From the NCBI GenBank assembly GCA_021162245.1, contig JAGGZD010000018.1, positions 1 through 62,683 on the forward strand: a stretch of 62,683 nucleotides of DNA, written 5' to 3'. How positions within the stretch are numbered: position 1 is the stretch's first letter; each line of letters opens with the position of its first letter. This document shows, one piece after another, positions 1 to 9,943 of the stretch. This DNA is from Dehalococcoidia bacterium. Its GTDB lineage: Bacteria > Chloroflexota > Dehalococcoidia > GIF9 > AB-539-J10. A program made the translations under genes and the position numbers. Under the pieces are notes generated by a model. The model did not search any database. It was not told where the DNA came from and worked only from the letters and a program-made list of their open reading frames with translations.

Positions 1-240
1 ATAATGGGCTTTCTTTTAAAGAAATAATAGCTGTTTGTTTTCCTCATTTCGGTAACTCCTTATGTTAGGTTAATGTCATTACTAACCACACCATTAGTGT
101 TACCTATGTATCTCAGCCTCCGCAGGCTATACAACCATGGGAGAAAGCAGGAAGTCTCTCATTGTAGGTGGTACTAAAAACGGGGGCACCCCACGTATCG
201 TATAATAACATGTGCCGCAACATCCTACTGTACAATAAGT

Positions 241-269
241 TTGACTCTGTGTTCCGAAAAGATTAGTAT
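241..269 (+). promoter_or_regulatory. Candidate sigma70-type promoter upstream of rny
   Basis: TTGACT (241-246), 17-nt spacer, TAGTAT (264-269), about 50 nt upstream of the rny ATG at 318. Confidence 0.4.
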
Positions 270-317
270 TAAGGCAAATGAGTAATATGCGCTATTTTAG
301 CGAAGTGAAGAGTAAGT

Positions 318-1844
318 ATGGAAGAATATATATATGTTCTGGTTTGCCTTGCGCTTGTTCTAGGCGGCCTCGTTGGTTATTTTGTCAGACAGATAGTAGC
401 TAATCAGCAAATTCGAAATGCTCGAAAAGAAGCACAAAACTTATTGGATGAAGCTGTGGCTAAGCATAAAGAGATGCTTCTTGATGCTAAGCATGAGGCC
501 ACCAGGGTTAGAAATGCCGCTGCGGCAGAGAGTAGAGAGTATCGCCTCCAGTTAGAGCGCTTAGGGAAACGCCTGGATCGGAAAGAGGAAGCCTTAGAAC
601 GAAAACTAAACTCTTTAGAACAACGTAGCCGTGACCTGGATAGCAAGAGAAAGGAAATTGAAGACACAAAAGCTAGGGTTGAAGAGCTAAAGAAGGACCA
701 ACTGGCACAGCTCGAATCTCTATCAGGCATTACTAGTGATGAAGCAAAGCAATTCCTGCTCCAATCTCTAGAACAGGAGGTTAAGGAAGAGGCTTCACGA
801 CAAGTTCGGGCGTGGGAAACTCAAGTAAAAGAAACGTCTGAAACGGAAGCTCAACGTGTTTTAGCTACGGCTATCCAGAGGTGCACTACTGATGTTGTCT
901 CTGAATTCACAGTGACTACTATCCCCCTACCCAGCGATGAGATGAAGGGACGGCTTATTGGCCGCGAGGGGCGTAATATTCGAGCTTTGGAGCAGGCTAC
1001 AGGCGTTGATCTTATCATTGATGACACTCCAGGGACAGTCACCATCTCTAGCTTTGACCCTGTGAGGCGTGAGATAGCCCGCATCACTCTAAATAAACTT
1101 ATTCTCGATGGTCGCATTCACCCATCTCGGATCGAGGAGGGAGTAGGGAAAGCCAGAGCTGAAGTCGAAGCTACAATTCAAAGTGAGGGTGAACAGGCTA
1201 TTTATGAAGCTGGGGTAGCAAGATTACACCCGGAATTGATCAAATTGCTTGGTCGTCTTAAATTCCGTACCAGCTACGGACAGAATGTTTTACTTCATAG
1301 TCTGGAAGTTTCCCATATAGCTGGCATATTGGCTGAGGAGATTGGAGTAGATGCTAATATGGCCAGAAAAGCTGGATTGCTTCATGATATTGGGAAGGCA
1401 GTGGATCACGAAGTGGAAGGCTCTCATGCCATGATAGGTGCTGATTTAGTCAAACAATGGGATAAATCTGCCGAAGTGGCTCAGGCTATTGCTGAACATC
1501 ATGGCGAAGCTTCGACAACCAGTGTTATGGGATTTATCATTGCTGCTGCCGATTCTATAAGCGGCTCACGTCCTGGTGCCAGACGTGAATCTGTCCAGCA
1601 ATACCTGAAACGGATTGAAGAATTGGAGGATATAGCTGGTGGTTTTTCTGGTGTGGAAAAATGCTTTGCCATTCAGGCTGGGCGTGAAGTACGCATTTTG
1701 GTGAAACCTAAGGAGATCGACGACTTAACAGCTGTCAGACTAGCTCGAGATATTTCCAAAAAAATAGAAGGAAGCCTGACTTACCCTGGCCAGATAAAAG
1801 TTGTGGTGGCTAGAGAGACTGTAGCTGTGGATTATGCCAAATAG
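318..1844 (+). CDS. rny: Ribonuclease Y (N-terminal membrane helix, coiled coil, KH domain, HD domain)
   Basis: 508-aa ORF. N-terminal hydrophobic helix [18 protein letters not shown], Lys/Glu-rich coiled coil, KH-like [21 protein letters not shown] motif [12 protein letters not shown]...EHHG. Confidence 0.95.
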   Translation: MEEYIYVLVCLALVLGGLVGYFVRQIVANQQIRNARKEAQNLLDEAVAKHKEMLLDAKHEATRVRNAAAAESREYRLQLERLGKRLDRKEEALERKLNSLEQRSRDLDSKRKEIEDTKARVEELKKDQLAQLESLSGITSDEAKQFLLQSLEQEVKEEASRQVRAWETQVKETSETEAQRVLATAIQRCTTDVVSEFTVTTIPLPSDEMKGRLIGREGRNIRALEQATGVDLIIDDTPGTVTISSFDPVRREIARITLNKLILDGRIHPSRIEEGVGKARAEVEATIQSEGEQAIYEAGVARLHPELIKLLGRLKFRTSYGQNVLLHSLEVSHIAGILAEEIGVDANMARKAGLLHDIGKAVDHEVEGSHAMIGADLVKQWDKSAEVAQAIAEHHGEASTTSVMGFIIAAADSISGSRPGARRESVQQYLKRIEELEDIAGGFSGVEKCFAIQAGREVRILVKPKEIDDLTAVRLARDISKKIEGSLTYPGQIKVVVARETVAVDYAK

Positions 1845-1862
1845 AATAGCTAGGGTAAAACA

Positions 1863-2630
1863 TTGAGAATCCTGGTAATAGGTGACATTATTGGCAAACT
1901 TGGCAGGGATGCTGTGAAAGAGCTGCTGCCAGGCTTGCTTCATGAGTACAAACTCGATTTGGTAGTAGCTAATGGCGAAAACACTGCGGGGGGATTGGGA
2001 TTAACTCCAAACACAGCTCAGGAGCTTTTTGATTCTGGCGTCGATGTAATAACCTCGGGTAATCATGTTTGGCATCATAAAGAAATCCTCCCTTATCTAG
2101 ATGGTAATTTGCCTATCCTTCGGCCGTTGAACTATCCACCTGCCGCGCCTGGCCGCGGTTATTTATTTCAAGATAACGTCATGGTTGTCAATTTGATAGG
2201 ACGCACTTTTATAGGTGATTTTGATTGCCCTTTTCGCGCTATGGACAAGTTGTTAGCTGAATTCAACGGTAAGACAAAAGTTATCATTGTTGACTTCCAT
2301 GCTGAGGCAACTTCGGAGAAAGTAGCGATGGGATGGTATCTCGATGGTCGAATTAGTGCTTTACTTGGCACTCATACACATGTAGGTACTGTTGATGCTC
2401 ATATATTGCCCAAGGGTACTGCTTACGTTACTGATATAGGGATGGTCGGTCCTAAGAATTCGGTTATTGGGAATGATGTCGATTCTGTACTTAAACGTTT
2501 CCTTACTCAGATACCTCGCCGCCTCCCAGTAGGAAAAGGTAGAGTTAACTTCGATGCTATTCTTGTTGAAGTGGGCGAGGATACAGGCAAAGCAATAGCT
2601 ATCAAGCGCATCGGGAGATTAGTAGACTAA
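1863..2630 (+). CDS. ymdB: YmdB-type metallophosphoesterase (2',3'-cyclic-nucleotide phosphodiesterase family)
   Basis: TTG start. MRILVIGDIIG, ANGENTAGG, GNHVWHH, DFHAEATSEK and GTHTHVGT metal-ligand motifs. Directly follows rny, as in Bacillus. Confidence 0.88.
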   Translation: MRILVIGDIIGKLGRDAVKELLPGLLHEYKLDLVVANGENTAGGLGLTPNTAQELFDSGVDVITSGNHVWHHKEILPYLDGNLPILRPLNYPPAAPGRGYLFQDNVMVVNLIGRTFIGDFDCPFRAMDKLLAEFNGKTKVIIVDFHAEATSEKVAMGWYLDGRISALLGTHTHVGTVDAHILPKGTAYVTDIGMVGPKNSVIGNDVDSVLKRFLTQIPRRLPVGKGRVNFDAILVEVGEDTGKAIAIKRIGRLVD

Positions 2631-2660
2631 GTACGAAAGTTGGCTTTCACAACAACTCTC

Positions 2661-3518
2661 TTATAGCGTAATTTTCACCACCCTATTAATACCACTTAAA
2701 TCGGGAATCAACTCAATAATCGCTTGCGCGAACTGGCTATCTGCTATTGAGCTTACTGTTTCGCCCTGGTCGTGGCCCACCTCCAGAAGTAAACAACCTT
2801 CAGAGCACATTTTCCCTGGCGCCTGGCTTAACAAACACCGTATCTTATCCAGACCATCTTCGCCACTTGCCAAAGCTGTCATAGGTTCGAAATTTATTAT
2901 TTCTGGGCTTAGTGTCTGTAATTCGCAATTTTTGATGTAAGGAAGATTAGCCACTATTACATTTACAGGTTCAGACAATGGTTCAAGCAAATTGCCCTGG
3001 AGAAGTTTTACCCTGTTGCTAGCTTCCCTATAATGGCAACGATTTATATCAGCTACCTGCAGTGCCGAGGGAGAGATATCCGTAGCGTAAATTCTGGCTT
3101 CTGGCAGTGCCAGAGCAAGGTTAATGGCAATAACTCCACTGCCAGTACCGATATCCGCTATAACAAATTGATTCTTTAAAAGGCAACGACGCTGAGCAAA
3201 TTCGACAGTTTTCTCTACCAGAAGCTCCGTCTCGGGGCGCGGAACCATAACACGGCGGTCAACATAGAAATCACTGCCATAGAATTGGCATCTTTTTAAT
3301 ATATAAGCAGTTGGTTCATGAGAAAGGCGACGTTTAACAAAGTTATGCAAGTGTTTTATTTCTGTTGCACTTAATAGCCTTTCAGGCTCACTATATAACT
3401 GCGCATTTGATATTTCCAGAATAGAGCACAATAGAAGCTCAGCTTCGATATTGGCATCATCAATATTCGCTGCAGATAATGTGCGATTAACTGAATGTAA
3501 AGCCTGGCTTAAGATCAT
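2661..3518 (-). CDS. prmC: Release-factor glutamine N5-methyltransferase PrmC/HemK
   Basis: SAM motif DIGTGSGVIAI and catalytic NLPY (VIVANLPYI). 4-nt overlap with the upstream prfA. Confidence 0.9.
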   Translation of the reverse strand: MILSQALHSVNRTLSAANIDDANIEAELLLCSILEISNAQLYSEPERLLSATEIKHLHNFVKRRLSHEPTAYILKRCQFYGSDFYVDRRVMVPRPETELLVEKTVEFAQRRCLLKNQFVIADIGTGSGVIAINLALALPEARIYATDISPSALQVADINRCHYREASNRVKLLQGNLLEPLSEPVNVIVANLPYIKNCELQTLSPEIINFEPMTALASGEDGLDKIRCLLSQAPGKMCSEGCLLLEVGHDQGETVSSIADSQFAQAIIELIPDLSGINRVVKITL

Positions 3519-4585
3519 GAAAGAGTTGCTTCTAATTGTTTAGCTTGCTCCCTGGCAGATAATTCCTTAAGTACCTCGTCAAGTCCTCCGTCCAGAATTT
3601 GGGTCAAGTTATGGAAGGTTACATTAATACGGTGGTCTGTGATGCGATTTTGAGGAAAGTTGTAAGTGCGTATTTTTTCTGCTCGTCGCCCACTCCCCAC
3701 CTGGCTTCGTCGCTCCCGATCTATACTTTCAGATTGCTCCCGCTGTTGTATATCGAATAATCTGGCTCTAAGCAGTGCCATAGCTTTATCTTTATTTCTT
3801 CCCTGGGAACGTTCATCTTGGCAGGCGACTGTTATACCTGATGGTAAATGTGTAAGGCGAACTGCTGTAGATACTTTGTTTACATTCTGCCCCCCAGCAC
3901 CTCGGCTGTGAAAGAACTCCATTTTTAACTCATCAGGGCTGATACTGAGCTCAATCTCCTCTACTGCGGGGAGAACAGCCACAGTGGCTGTTGAGGTATG
4001 AATTCGCCCCGAAACTTCAGTAGCAGGGACTCTTTGCACTCGGTGCACACCACTCTCATACTTGAGTTGGCTAAAGGCACCTTTTCCTTTAACTTCGAAT
4101 ATCACTTCCTTAAAACCTCCGATCTCACTGCGGTTACTATTGATAATGCTTGTTCTCCACCCCTTGCTTTGAGAGTAGCGACTGTACATACGGAACAGAT
4201 CGGCAGCAAAAAGACCTGCCTCTCCCCCCCCTGTACCAGCTCTTATCTCGACGATGACATCCTTGCTGTCGTTGGGGTCTTCGGGTAATAAGAATAATTT
4301 AAGCCGTTGAAGGAGCTTATCCTGACGTTGTTCGAGTTCCTCTACTTCTTCCTTGATAAGCGCTGTCATGTCTACTTCTCCGGTGTTGTCAAGCAGAGCC
4401 TCCATTTCAGATAATTCTTTGCGGTTCGCCTTATATTTCCGATATATAGTGATAATGTTCTCAATATTAGCTCTTTCCTTGCTTAGCTGTTGAAGTTGCT
4501 GGAAGTCAGCGAGTACATCTGGCTGAGCCATAAGCTTATTCAGCTCTGCGTAACGTTTTTCCGCCAATTTCAGTTTGTTGAACAT
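3515..4585 (-). CDS. prfA: Peptide chain release factor 1
   Basis: GGQ motif (SRGAGGQNVNKV) and RF1-type PAT tripeptide (RVPATE); 356 aa. Confidence 0.97.
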   Translation of the reverse strand: MFNKLKLAEKRYAELNKLMAQPDVLADFQQLQQLSKERANIENIITIYRKYKANRKELSEMEALLDNTGEVDMTALIKEEVEELEQRQDKLLQRLKLFLLPEDPNDSKDVIVEIRAGTGGGEAGLFAADLFRMYSRYSQSKGWRTSIINSNRSEIGGFKEVIFEVKGKGAFSQLKYESGVHRVQRVPATEVSGRIHTSTATVAVLPAVEEIELSISPDELKMEFFHSRGAGGQNVNKVSTAVRLTHLPSGITVACQDERSQGRNKDKAMALLRARLFDIQQREQSESIDRERRSQVGSGRRAEKIRTYNFPQNRITDHRINVTFHNLTQILDGGLDEVLKELSAREQAKQLEATLS

Positions 4586-4608
4586 AATTCGTGATTTACC
4601 TGGAATGG

Positions 4609-5172
4609 CTATATTGAAGATTTTTCCTCTGTCACTTCCTGCAAGGCAGAGCAGTAACTTTCATAGGTCTTGGAGTCGAAAAGGACAAATACCACGTCCT
4701 TAATAGAGGTGTTTTGTTTCTTGAGAAATGAAGTCACAGTTTTTATGGCTATCCCTGCTGCCTCAGTTAAGGGGTAGCCATAGGCACCCGTGCTTATAGA
4801 AGGGAAAGAAATGCTAGCTAATTTGTGTCTAGTTGCTACTTTCAGACATTCCAGATAAGCACTTTCCAGTACCGCAGCTTCATTTCTACCACCTCCATGC
4901 CAGATGGGGCCAACCGTGTGTATTACATTTTTCGCCTGCAGGTTTCCTCCCGTGGTAATCACAGCCTTCCCTGCTGGCAATCTTCCTCGCTTGGAAACAA
5001 TACGCTTACATTCTTCCAGTATAGCTAGTCCTCCAGCCCTGTGTATCGCTCCATCCACTCCACCACCTCCCATTAGACTGGAGTTAGCAGCATTAACTAT
5101 AGCATCTGTAGTTTGTCTGGTGATGTCTCCCTGAATCGTGGCTATTTTTACCTGATTAATAATTGCTTCCAT
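4609..5172 (-). CDS. Macro-domain protein (O-acetyl-ADP-ribose deacetylase / ADP-ribose-binding family)
   Basis: DITRQTTDAIVNAANSSLMGGGGVDGAIHRAGG and SFPSISTGAYGYP are typical MacroD/YmdB-type macro-domain motifs. Confidence 0.85.
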   Translation of the reverse strand: MEAIINQVKIATIQGDITRQTTDAIVNAANSSLMGGGGVDGAIHRAGGLAILEECKRIVSKRGRLPAGKAVITTGGNLQAKNVIHTVGPIWHGGGRNEAAVLESAYLECLKVATRHKLASISFPSISTGAYGYPLTEAAGIAIKTVTSFLKKQNTSIKDVVFVLFDSKTYESYCSALQEVTEEKSSI

Positions 5173-5181
5173 ATTTAGATT

Positions 5182-5256
5182 TGGCTCCCCGAGTAGGATT
5201 CGAACCTACAACCTTACGGTTAACAGCCGTCTGCTCTACCATTGAGCTATCGGGGA
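5182..5256 (-). tRNA. tRNA-Asn (GTT), CCA encoded
   Basis: Reverse complement folds as a cloverleaf: acceptor TCCCCGA/TCGGGGA, anticodon loop CTGTTAA, T-arm GTAGG-TTCGAAT-CCTAC, 3' GCCA; 75 nt. Confidence 0.9.
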
Positions 5257-5271
5257 ATCCAGATTAATAAG

Positions 5272-5342
5272 CTGCCGAGCCTGGATTCGAACCAGGGCTA
5301 GAGGATCCAAAGTCCCCCGTGCTACCACTACACAACTCGGCA
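5272..5342 (-). tRNA. tRNA-Gln (TTG), no CCA encoded
   Basis: Acceptor TGCCGAG/CTCGGCA, anticodon loop CTTTGGA, T-loop GGTTCGAATCC; 71 nt. Confidence 0.88.
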
Positions 5343-5355
5343 TCAACTCTCTTCG

Positions 5356-5440
5356 TGCCGAAGGTCGGAGTCGAACCGACACGAGAGTTGCCTCCCAACA
5401 GTTTTTGAGACTGCCGCGTCTACCATTCCGCCACTTCGGC
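5356..5440 (-). tRNA. tRNA-Leu (CAA), long variable arm, no CCA encoded
   Basis: Acceptor GCCGAAG/CTTCGGC, anticodon loop CTCAAAA, long variable arm, T-loop GGTTCGACTCC; 85 nt. Confidence 0.88.
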
Positions 5441-5458
5441 ATGTCTGCTCCCTTCAAG

Positions 5459-5533
5459 TGGAGCGGAAGACGAGATTCGAACTCGCGACCTCTTCCTTGG
5501 CAAGGAAGCATTCTACCGCTGAACTACTTCCGC
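5459..5533 (-). tRNA. tRNA-Gly (GCC), CCA encoded
   Basis: GCGGAAGTAGTTCAGCGGTAGAATGCTTCCTTGCCAAGGAAGAGGTCGCGAGTTCGAATCTCGTCTTCCGCTCCA; anticodon loop TTGCCAA. Confidence 0.92.
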
Positions 5534-5567
5534 ATCCTCAGAGCACAAATTTTTTATGTTGTTAAAG

Positions 5568-5640
<73 letters not shown>

Positions 5641-5732
5641 GCGCATGGATATTCTAGATTTTCCTTACCCTAGTGTCAAGCATAATGGCTTTGTTGTACC
5701 CATGCTGTGAAAATCACGCCCTCGTGCTTAAG

Positions 5733-6980
5733 CTACTGCTTGAATTTTCTGAAGACGAGGGTGGCGTTTGCCCCACCAAAGCCAAACGAATTGGAAAGAG
5801 CCGTGTTCACATCCGCTTTTCTGGCTAAATTGGGGACGTAATCCAGGTCACATTCAGGGTCTGGAGTATCGTAGTTTATGGTAGGCGGGATTATGCCATC
5901 TCTAATAGTTAAAGCAATAAAAATGGCCTCTATTACGCCCGCAGCTGCCAGCAGGTGACCAGTCATAGACTTGGTAGAACTTACAGGCACTTTGCTGCTG
6001 TGCTCACCCAGAGCAGCCTTTATAGCCCTGGTTTCGCTTAAATCATTGAGGATAGTAGACGTTCCATGTGCATTTATGTAATCAAGGTCGGCAGGTGAGA
6101 TACCAGCGTCGTGCAAGGCTAAATTCATACATTTTGCCTGGCTTTCCCAATCAGGAGCTGTTATATGGAAGCCGTCAATGTTGGAGCCATAACCTGCGAT
6201 TTCGGCATAAATGTTAGCTCTCCTCCTTATGGCAGATTCCATTTCCTCCAGAATCACAATGCCAGCCCCCTCTCCAAGTACAAAGCCATCTCTATCCTTA
6301 TCGAATGGGCGTGACGCTTTTTCTGGTGCATCATTCCTTTGGGATATAGCTCCTATTCTGCCAAGCCCGGCTATGCCTGTGGGGAGAATATATGATTCGC
6401 TTCCTCCAGCAATCATAGCATCTGCTTCTCCATATTGAATGAGCCTGAAGGCGTCACCAAGGCAGTGGTTTCCAGTGGCGCAGGCAGTAACCACGCATTT
6501 GCTTGGTCCCTTAGCACCGAAAAGCATGGACACCTCTCCTGCTGCCATGTTGGGTATAAATGCAGTGATGAAAAAGGGAGAAACAGCTCTGGGTCCTTTA
6601 TCTCGAAGTGCAAAGAGGTTTTTTTCGTAAGTTGTCATGCCTCCAATACATGAACCTATTACTATTCCTACCCTGCTAGCATTACTATCGTTGATATTCA
6701 ACCCGGAGTTATCTAATGCCATGTGAGTAGCCGCCAGTGCGTAGTGAATAAATTGGTCTGTTCTTCTTATCTTTTTCTTGTCCAGAAAATCCTCAGGATG
6801 GAAATTTTTAATCTCAGCGGCAATTTGTGTTTTGAATCCTGCGGGGTCGAACTTGGTAATCCTTGCTACTCCTGACTTACCCTGGCATATTGCTTGCCAT
6901 GACTCCTCAGCACTATTGGCTAATGGAGTAACGGCACCAATACCTGTAATAACTACGCGTCTTTTGCTTATTCCTCTCAT
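5733..6980 (-). CDS. fabF: 3-oxoacyl-ACP synthase II (copy 1)
   Basis: 415 aa. RVVITGIGAVTP, active-site Cys in VVTACATGNHC, His motifs INAHGTST and KSMTGHLLAAAG, C-terminal NSFGFGGANA. Confidence 0.9.
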   Translation of the reverse strand: MRGISKRRVVITGIGAVTPLANSAEESWQAICQGKSGVARITKFDPAGFKTQIAAEIKNFHPEDFLDKKKIRRTDQFIHYALAATHMALDNSGLNINDSNASRVGIVIGSCIGGMTTYEKNLFALRDKGPRAVSPFFITAFIPNMAAGEVSMLFGAKGPSKCVVTACATGNHCLGDAFRLIQYGEADAMIAGGSESYILPTGIAGLGRIGAISQRNDAPEKASRPFDKDRDGFVLGEGAGIVILEEMESAIRRRANIYAEIAGYGSNIDGFHITAPDWESQAKCMNLALHDAGISPADLDYINAHGTSTILNDLSETRAIKAALGEHSSKVPVSSTKSMTGHLLAAAGVIEAIFIALTIRDGIIPPTINYDTPDPECDLDYVPNLARKADVNTALSNSFGFGGANATLVFRKFKQ

Positions 6981-6986
6981 TGGTGG

Positions 6987-7940
6987 CTAAGCCTGCTTTC
7001 CCTTCCTGGTTTGCTCCTGAACCTGTTGATCCATGTCCTCGACTACGATATCGCTCAGCTTTCCTTTACTACGGGCATAATCTAATACTTCGTCGGGATT
7101 CATGGTATGGACATGTGCTTTCAGAAGTTTTTCATCGCCTACCACAAGAGGACATTCCCCGGAGGCAACAATTCTATCTCTTATCTCTTCAACAGGCAAG
7201 GATTCACCTTCGAGCAGAAATTGCACATCGAACCCATAGACTCTCTTCGCTTCTTTCCCTGCGGGTGGGGCAGTTGCTTGGGTTTTTCTTGTGGAGTGAG
7301 TACCGCTGGACTTCGTACGGCAGATAGCGTTCTCCATACCCTTAAAGAAGTAATATAAACCTTTTGCTCCAGCATCTACTACCCCTGCCTCTTTCAATAT
7401 CGGGAGTAGCTCAGGTGTTTCCTTGACTGTTTTCCTTGCTCTCAAGACAACCGCAGTTATGGCTCGCGCAAATCCTGTTTTCCTTCCCGCAATGCGTGAT
7501 GCCTCCTCAGAAACTTCCTTGATAACAGTGAGGATAGTCCCCTCAACAGGTTTTTCCACGACTTTGTAGGCTTGCTCTGAGGCAATGTAGAGGGAGTGAG
7601 CAAAGTCAGTAAAGGAGAAAGTCTTTTTCCCTTCCAGTCCTCTGGCTAGCCCTCTCATTATTTGTGATAGGATAACGCCAGAGTTTCCCCTGGCTCCCAG
7701 AATAGCCCCCTTGGCTGCCGAAGCAGCGACAATACCTGCAGAAGAGGGGTCTGCTTTCTCTGCAGCCTCTATCGCTGATTTCATGGTGAGGAACATATTG
7801 ACACCGGTATCTCCGTCGGGGACAGGGAAAACGTTCAGCGCGTTTACTTCATCCACATGTTGTTCAATATATGCTCCCGCTTCCTTGAATGCTTTCTTTA
7901 AATCCTGCCCATTCAGTTCTACTTGCGTTGCAGTGGCCAT
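6987..7940 (-). CDS. DAK2/DhaL-domain protein, short FakA/YloV-like (candidate fatty-acid kinase ATP-binding subunit)
   Basis: N-terminal LNVFPVPDGDTGVNM and GARGNSGVILSQ (Dak2 nucleotide-binding motifs). 317 aa, directly downstream of a DegV gene. Confidence 0.78.
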   Translation of the reverse strand: MATATQVELNGQDLKKAFKEAGAYIEQHVDEVNALNVFPVPDGDTGVNMFLTMKSAIEAAEKADPSSAGIVAASAAKGAILGARGNSGVILSQIMRGLARGLEGKKTFSFTDFAHSLYIASEQAYKVVEKPVEGTILTVIKEVSEEASRIAGRKTGFARAITAVVLRARKTVKETPELLPILKEAGVVDAGAKGLYYFFKGMENAICRTKSSGTHSTRKTQATAPPAGKEAKRVYGFDVQFLLEGESLPVEEIRDRIVASGECPLVVGDEKLLKAHVHTMNPDEVLDYARSKGKLSDIVVEDMDQQVQEQTRKGKQA

Positions 7941-7954
7941 AATCGCCTCCTATC

Positions 7955-8794
7955 TTACTCGTTATAGAAACCTATCCCCAGGGAATCAGGGCTCAGGTGA
8001 ATCGCTAATACTGGGGAAGCTTCCCCTATCCAGAGCTCGGCACAGTTATATTGAGATGCTATCCATTTTTTGAATTCCTCAGCTTCTTCCCTGGCTGCAG
8101 CATGAAGCACCGCGGCGTGAAGCGGTGTATCTTTCCTTGCTCTTTCCTGCACCAGCTCCCTGAGGTGATTACGTCCTTCCTCCTGAGTGGCGTATTTATC
8201 ACCGGATGCCGTAAGCTTCCCTTCCTTGACGGTGATAATGTAACTCTCCCCTCTGGAACCCACTTCTGACTCACTGATGCGGCCACCTTTCAGGAAATAA
8301 CTGATTGACCCCGGGTTCACGAAGAGATTCGTTTTGGGAATAACCCTCTTCGCCGCCTCGGCCACTTCTTTCAGGCCTGCGCCGGCGTCGGCAGCTCGAG
8401 CAGCAGCCGTGGCTACCAGCCCCAGAGGTGTCATAACGGACTGTGAATCGATAACTTCGATGGGGATACCTTCAACCATCTCCTGTGCCATCACAGCGGA
8501 GCGGTAGCCTGCTGAAGGCGTGTTGGCAGCGAGCGTGATGGCAACTATACCATCGACCTTACTCCGCAGCTCTTCGAATATACTATAAAACTCTCCTTGA
8601 ACTGAGCCGCTGGTGGTGGGCAGAGTTTCAGATGTTTTCAATCGAGCATAAAATTCACCCGGGGTTATGTCCACCCAGTCGGTATATTCCTTCTTATCCC
8701 ACACCAGGTGTATTGGAACCAGCCTGACATGAAATTCATCAGCCAGCTTCGGGGTAATACCAGAGCTGCTATCTACAAGTACAGCTATAGACAT
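7955..8794 (-). CDS. DegV-family fatty-acid-binding protein (FakB-like)
   Basis: 279 aa. IAVLVDSSSGITP start and TSGSVQGEFY are typical of the DegV family. AGGAGGGGG Shine-Dalgarno sequence 6 nt upstream. Confidence 0.85.
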   Translation of the reverse strand: MSIAVLVDSSSGITPKLADEFHVRLVPIHLVWDKKEYTDWVDITPGEFYARLKTSETLPTTSGSVQGEFYSIFEELRSKVDGIVAITLAANTPSAGYRSAVMAQEMVEGIPIEVIDSQSVMTPLGLVATAAARAADAGAGLKEVAEAAKRVIPKTNLFVNPGSISYFLKGGRISESEVGSRGESYIITVKEGKLTASGDKYATQEEGRNHLRELVQERARKDTPLHAAVLHAAAREEAEEFKKWIASQYNCAELWIGEASPVLAIHLSPDSLGIGFYNE

Positions 8795-8873
8795 AATTCA
8801 CCCCCTCCTGCGCTAAAATTCGTTACCAGTCATATCTTAACATGAATGTTCTTTGATTTGTATATCTGTCAAA

Positions 8874-9941
8874 TTACAATAATTTTATATTCACTGGTTC
8901 GTATACGTGTGCTCCAGTAATTTGAATTTTCACTGCGATTTCTCCCAGTTCTGACTTTAATTCTCCCAGGAAATTCGCTTCCACCGCCAATTTTGTCTGG
9001 CGTATAGACTCGGCCACCTCAGGGGCTTTAGAGCGACCATGTCCAACCCATACCACTCCATTGACACCGTAAATCATTGCTCCACCGCCTACATCAGCTA
9101 TATGGGTTAGAGCAAACAAATCATTGCCAATGGCATCGATTTCTTTCTGTGTAAGGTATTTCCCCAGTCGTGTTCTCAGCCATTCAATGGTAGAATTACC
9201 CAGGCCCTCGCAGAATTTAAGCAGGATGTTACCGATAAATCCATCACAGACGATAACATTTGCCTTTCCCTGTAGGATATTATTGCCTTCCACGTTGCCA
9301 ATAAAATTGAGGCTGCTTTGCTTGAGAAGCTGATAAGTCTCCCTTACCAACTTATTTCCCTTTCCCTCCTCGCTGCCATTGCTGAGCAGAGCTATTGTGG
9401 GGTTATTGATATGCAACAACTTCCTGGCGACGACAGAGCCTATAACGGCAAAATTTACTAAGTCGCGTGGCTTGCAATCGGCGTTTGGTCCTAAATCGAA
9501 CGCGACTGTGTTGGGGGCAAAGCCACCGAGGAAGCTGCCGGCGCTGGGACGCTTGATGCCTTCCAGTTTCCCCAGGATTTTAATAGCACTCACCATCACT
9601 GCGCCTGTATGTCCCATGCTTACCACGGCGTCAGCCTGGCCTTCTTTCACCAGCCGCATAGCTACCAGTACAGAGGCATCTGGCTTCTGCCGTAGCGCAG
9701 CTACAGGAGATTCACCATCACGTATAGCTTCGCTGGCATTTACCACACGAACAGGAAGAGCAGAAACATCATATCGCTCCAGTTCCTTGAGGATAGCATC
9801 TTCAGAACCTACCAGTATAAGCTCGGCCCCGTCTTGCCCAACTGCCTGAATAGCTCCTTTGACTATTTCCCGGGGAGCGTAATCACCTCCCATCACATCT
9901 ATTGCTACTCTCACTGGGTCTCTGTTTATATCGGATGTCAA
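8874..9941 (-). CDS. plsX: Phosphate acyltransferase PlsX (copy 1)
   Basis: VAIDVMGGDYAP, SMGHTGA, VCDGFIGNILLK motifs; 355 aa. Confidence 0.9.
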   Translation of the reverse strand: MTSDINRDPVRVAIDVMGGDYAPREIVKGAIQAVGQDGAELILVGSEDAILKELERYDVSALPVRVVNASEAIRDGESPVAALRQKPDASVLVAMRLVKEGQADAVVSMGHTGAVMVSAIKILGKLEGIKRPSAGSFLGGFAPNTVAFDLGPNADCKPRDLVNFAVIGSVVARKLLHINNPTIALLSNGSEEGKGNKLVRETYQLLKQSSLNFIGNVEGNNILQGKANVIVCDGFIGNILLKFCEGLGNSTIEWLRTRLGKYLTQKEIDAIGNDLFALTHIADVGGGAMIYGVNGVVWVGHGRSKAPEVAESIRQTKLAVEANFLGELKSELGEIAVKIQITGAHVYEPVNIKLL

Positions 9942-9943
9942 GT

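Noticed and set aside
1-47. Possible 5' end of a minus-strand gene (ATG at 47-45, AGGAG 8 nt upstream) running off the left edge
   Set aside because: Only 15 codons are visible (MRKTNSYYFFKRKPI...). That is too little to call a gene or product, so it is noted only.
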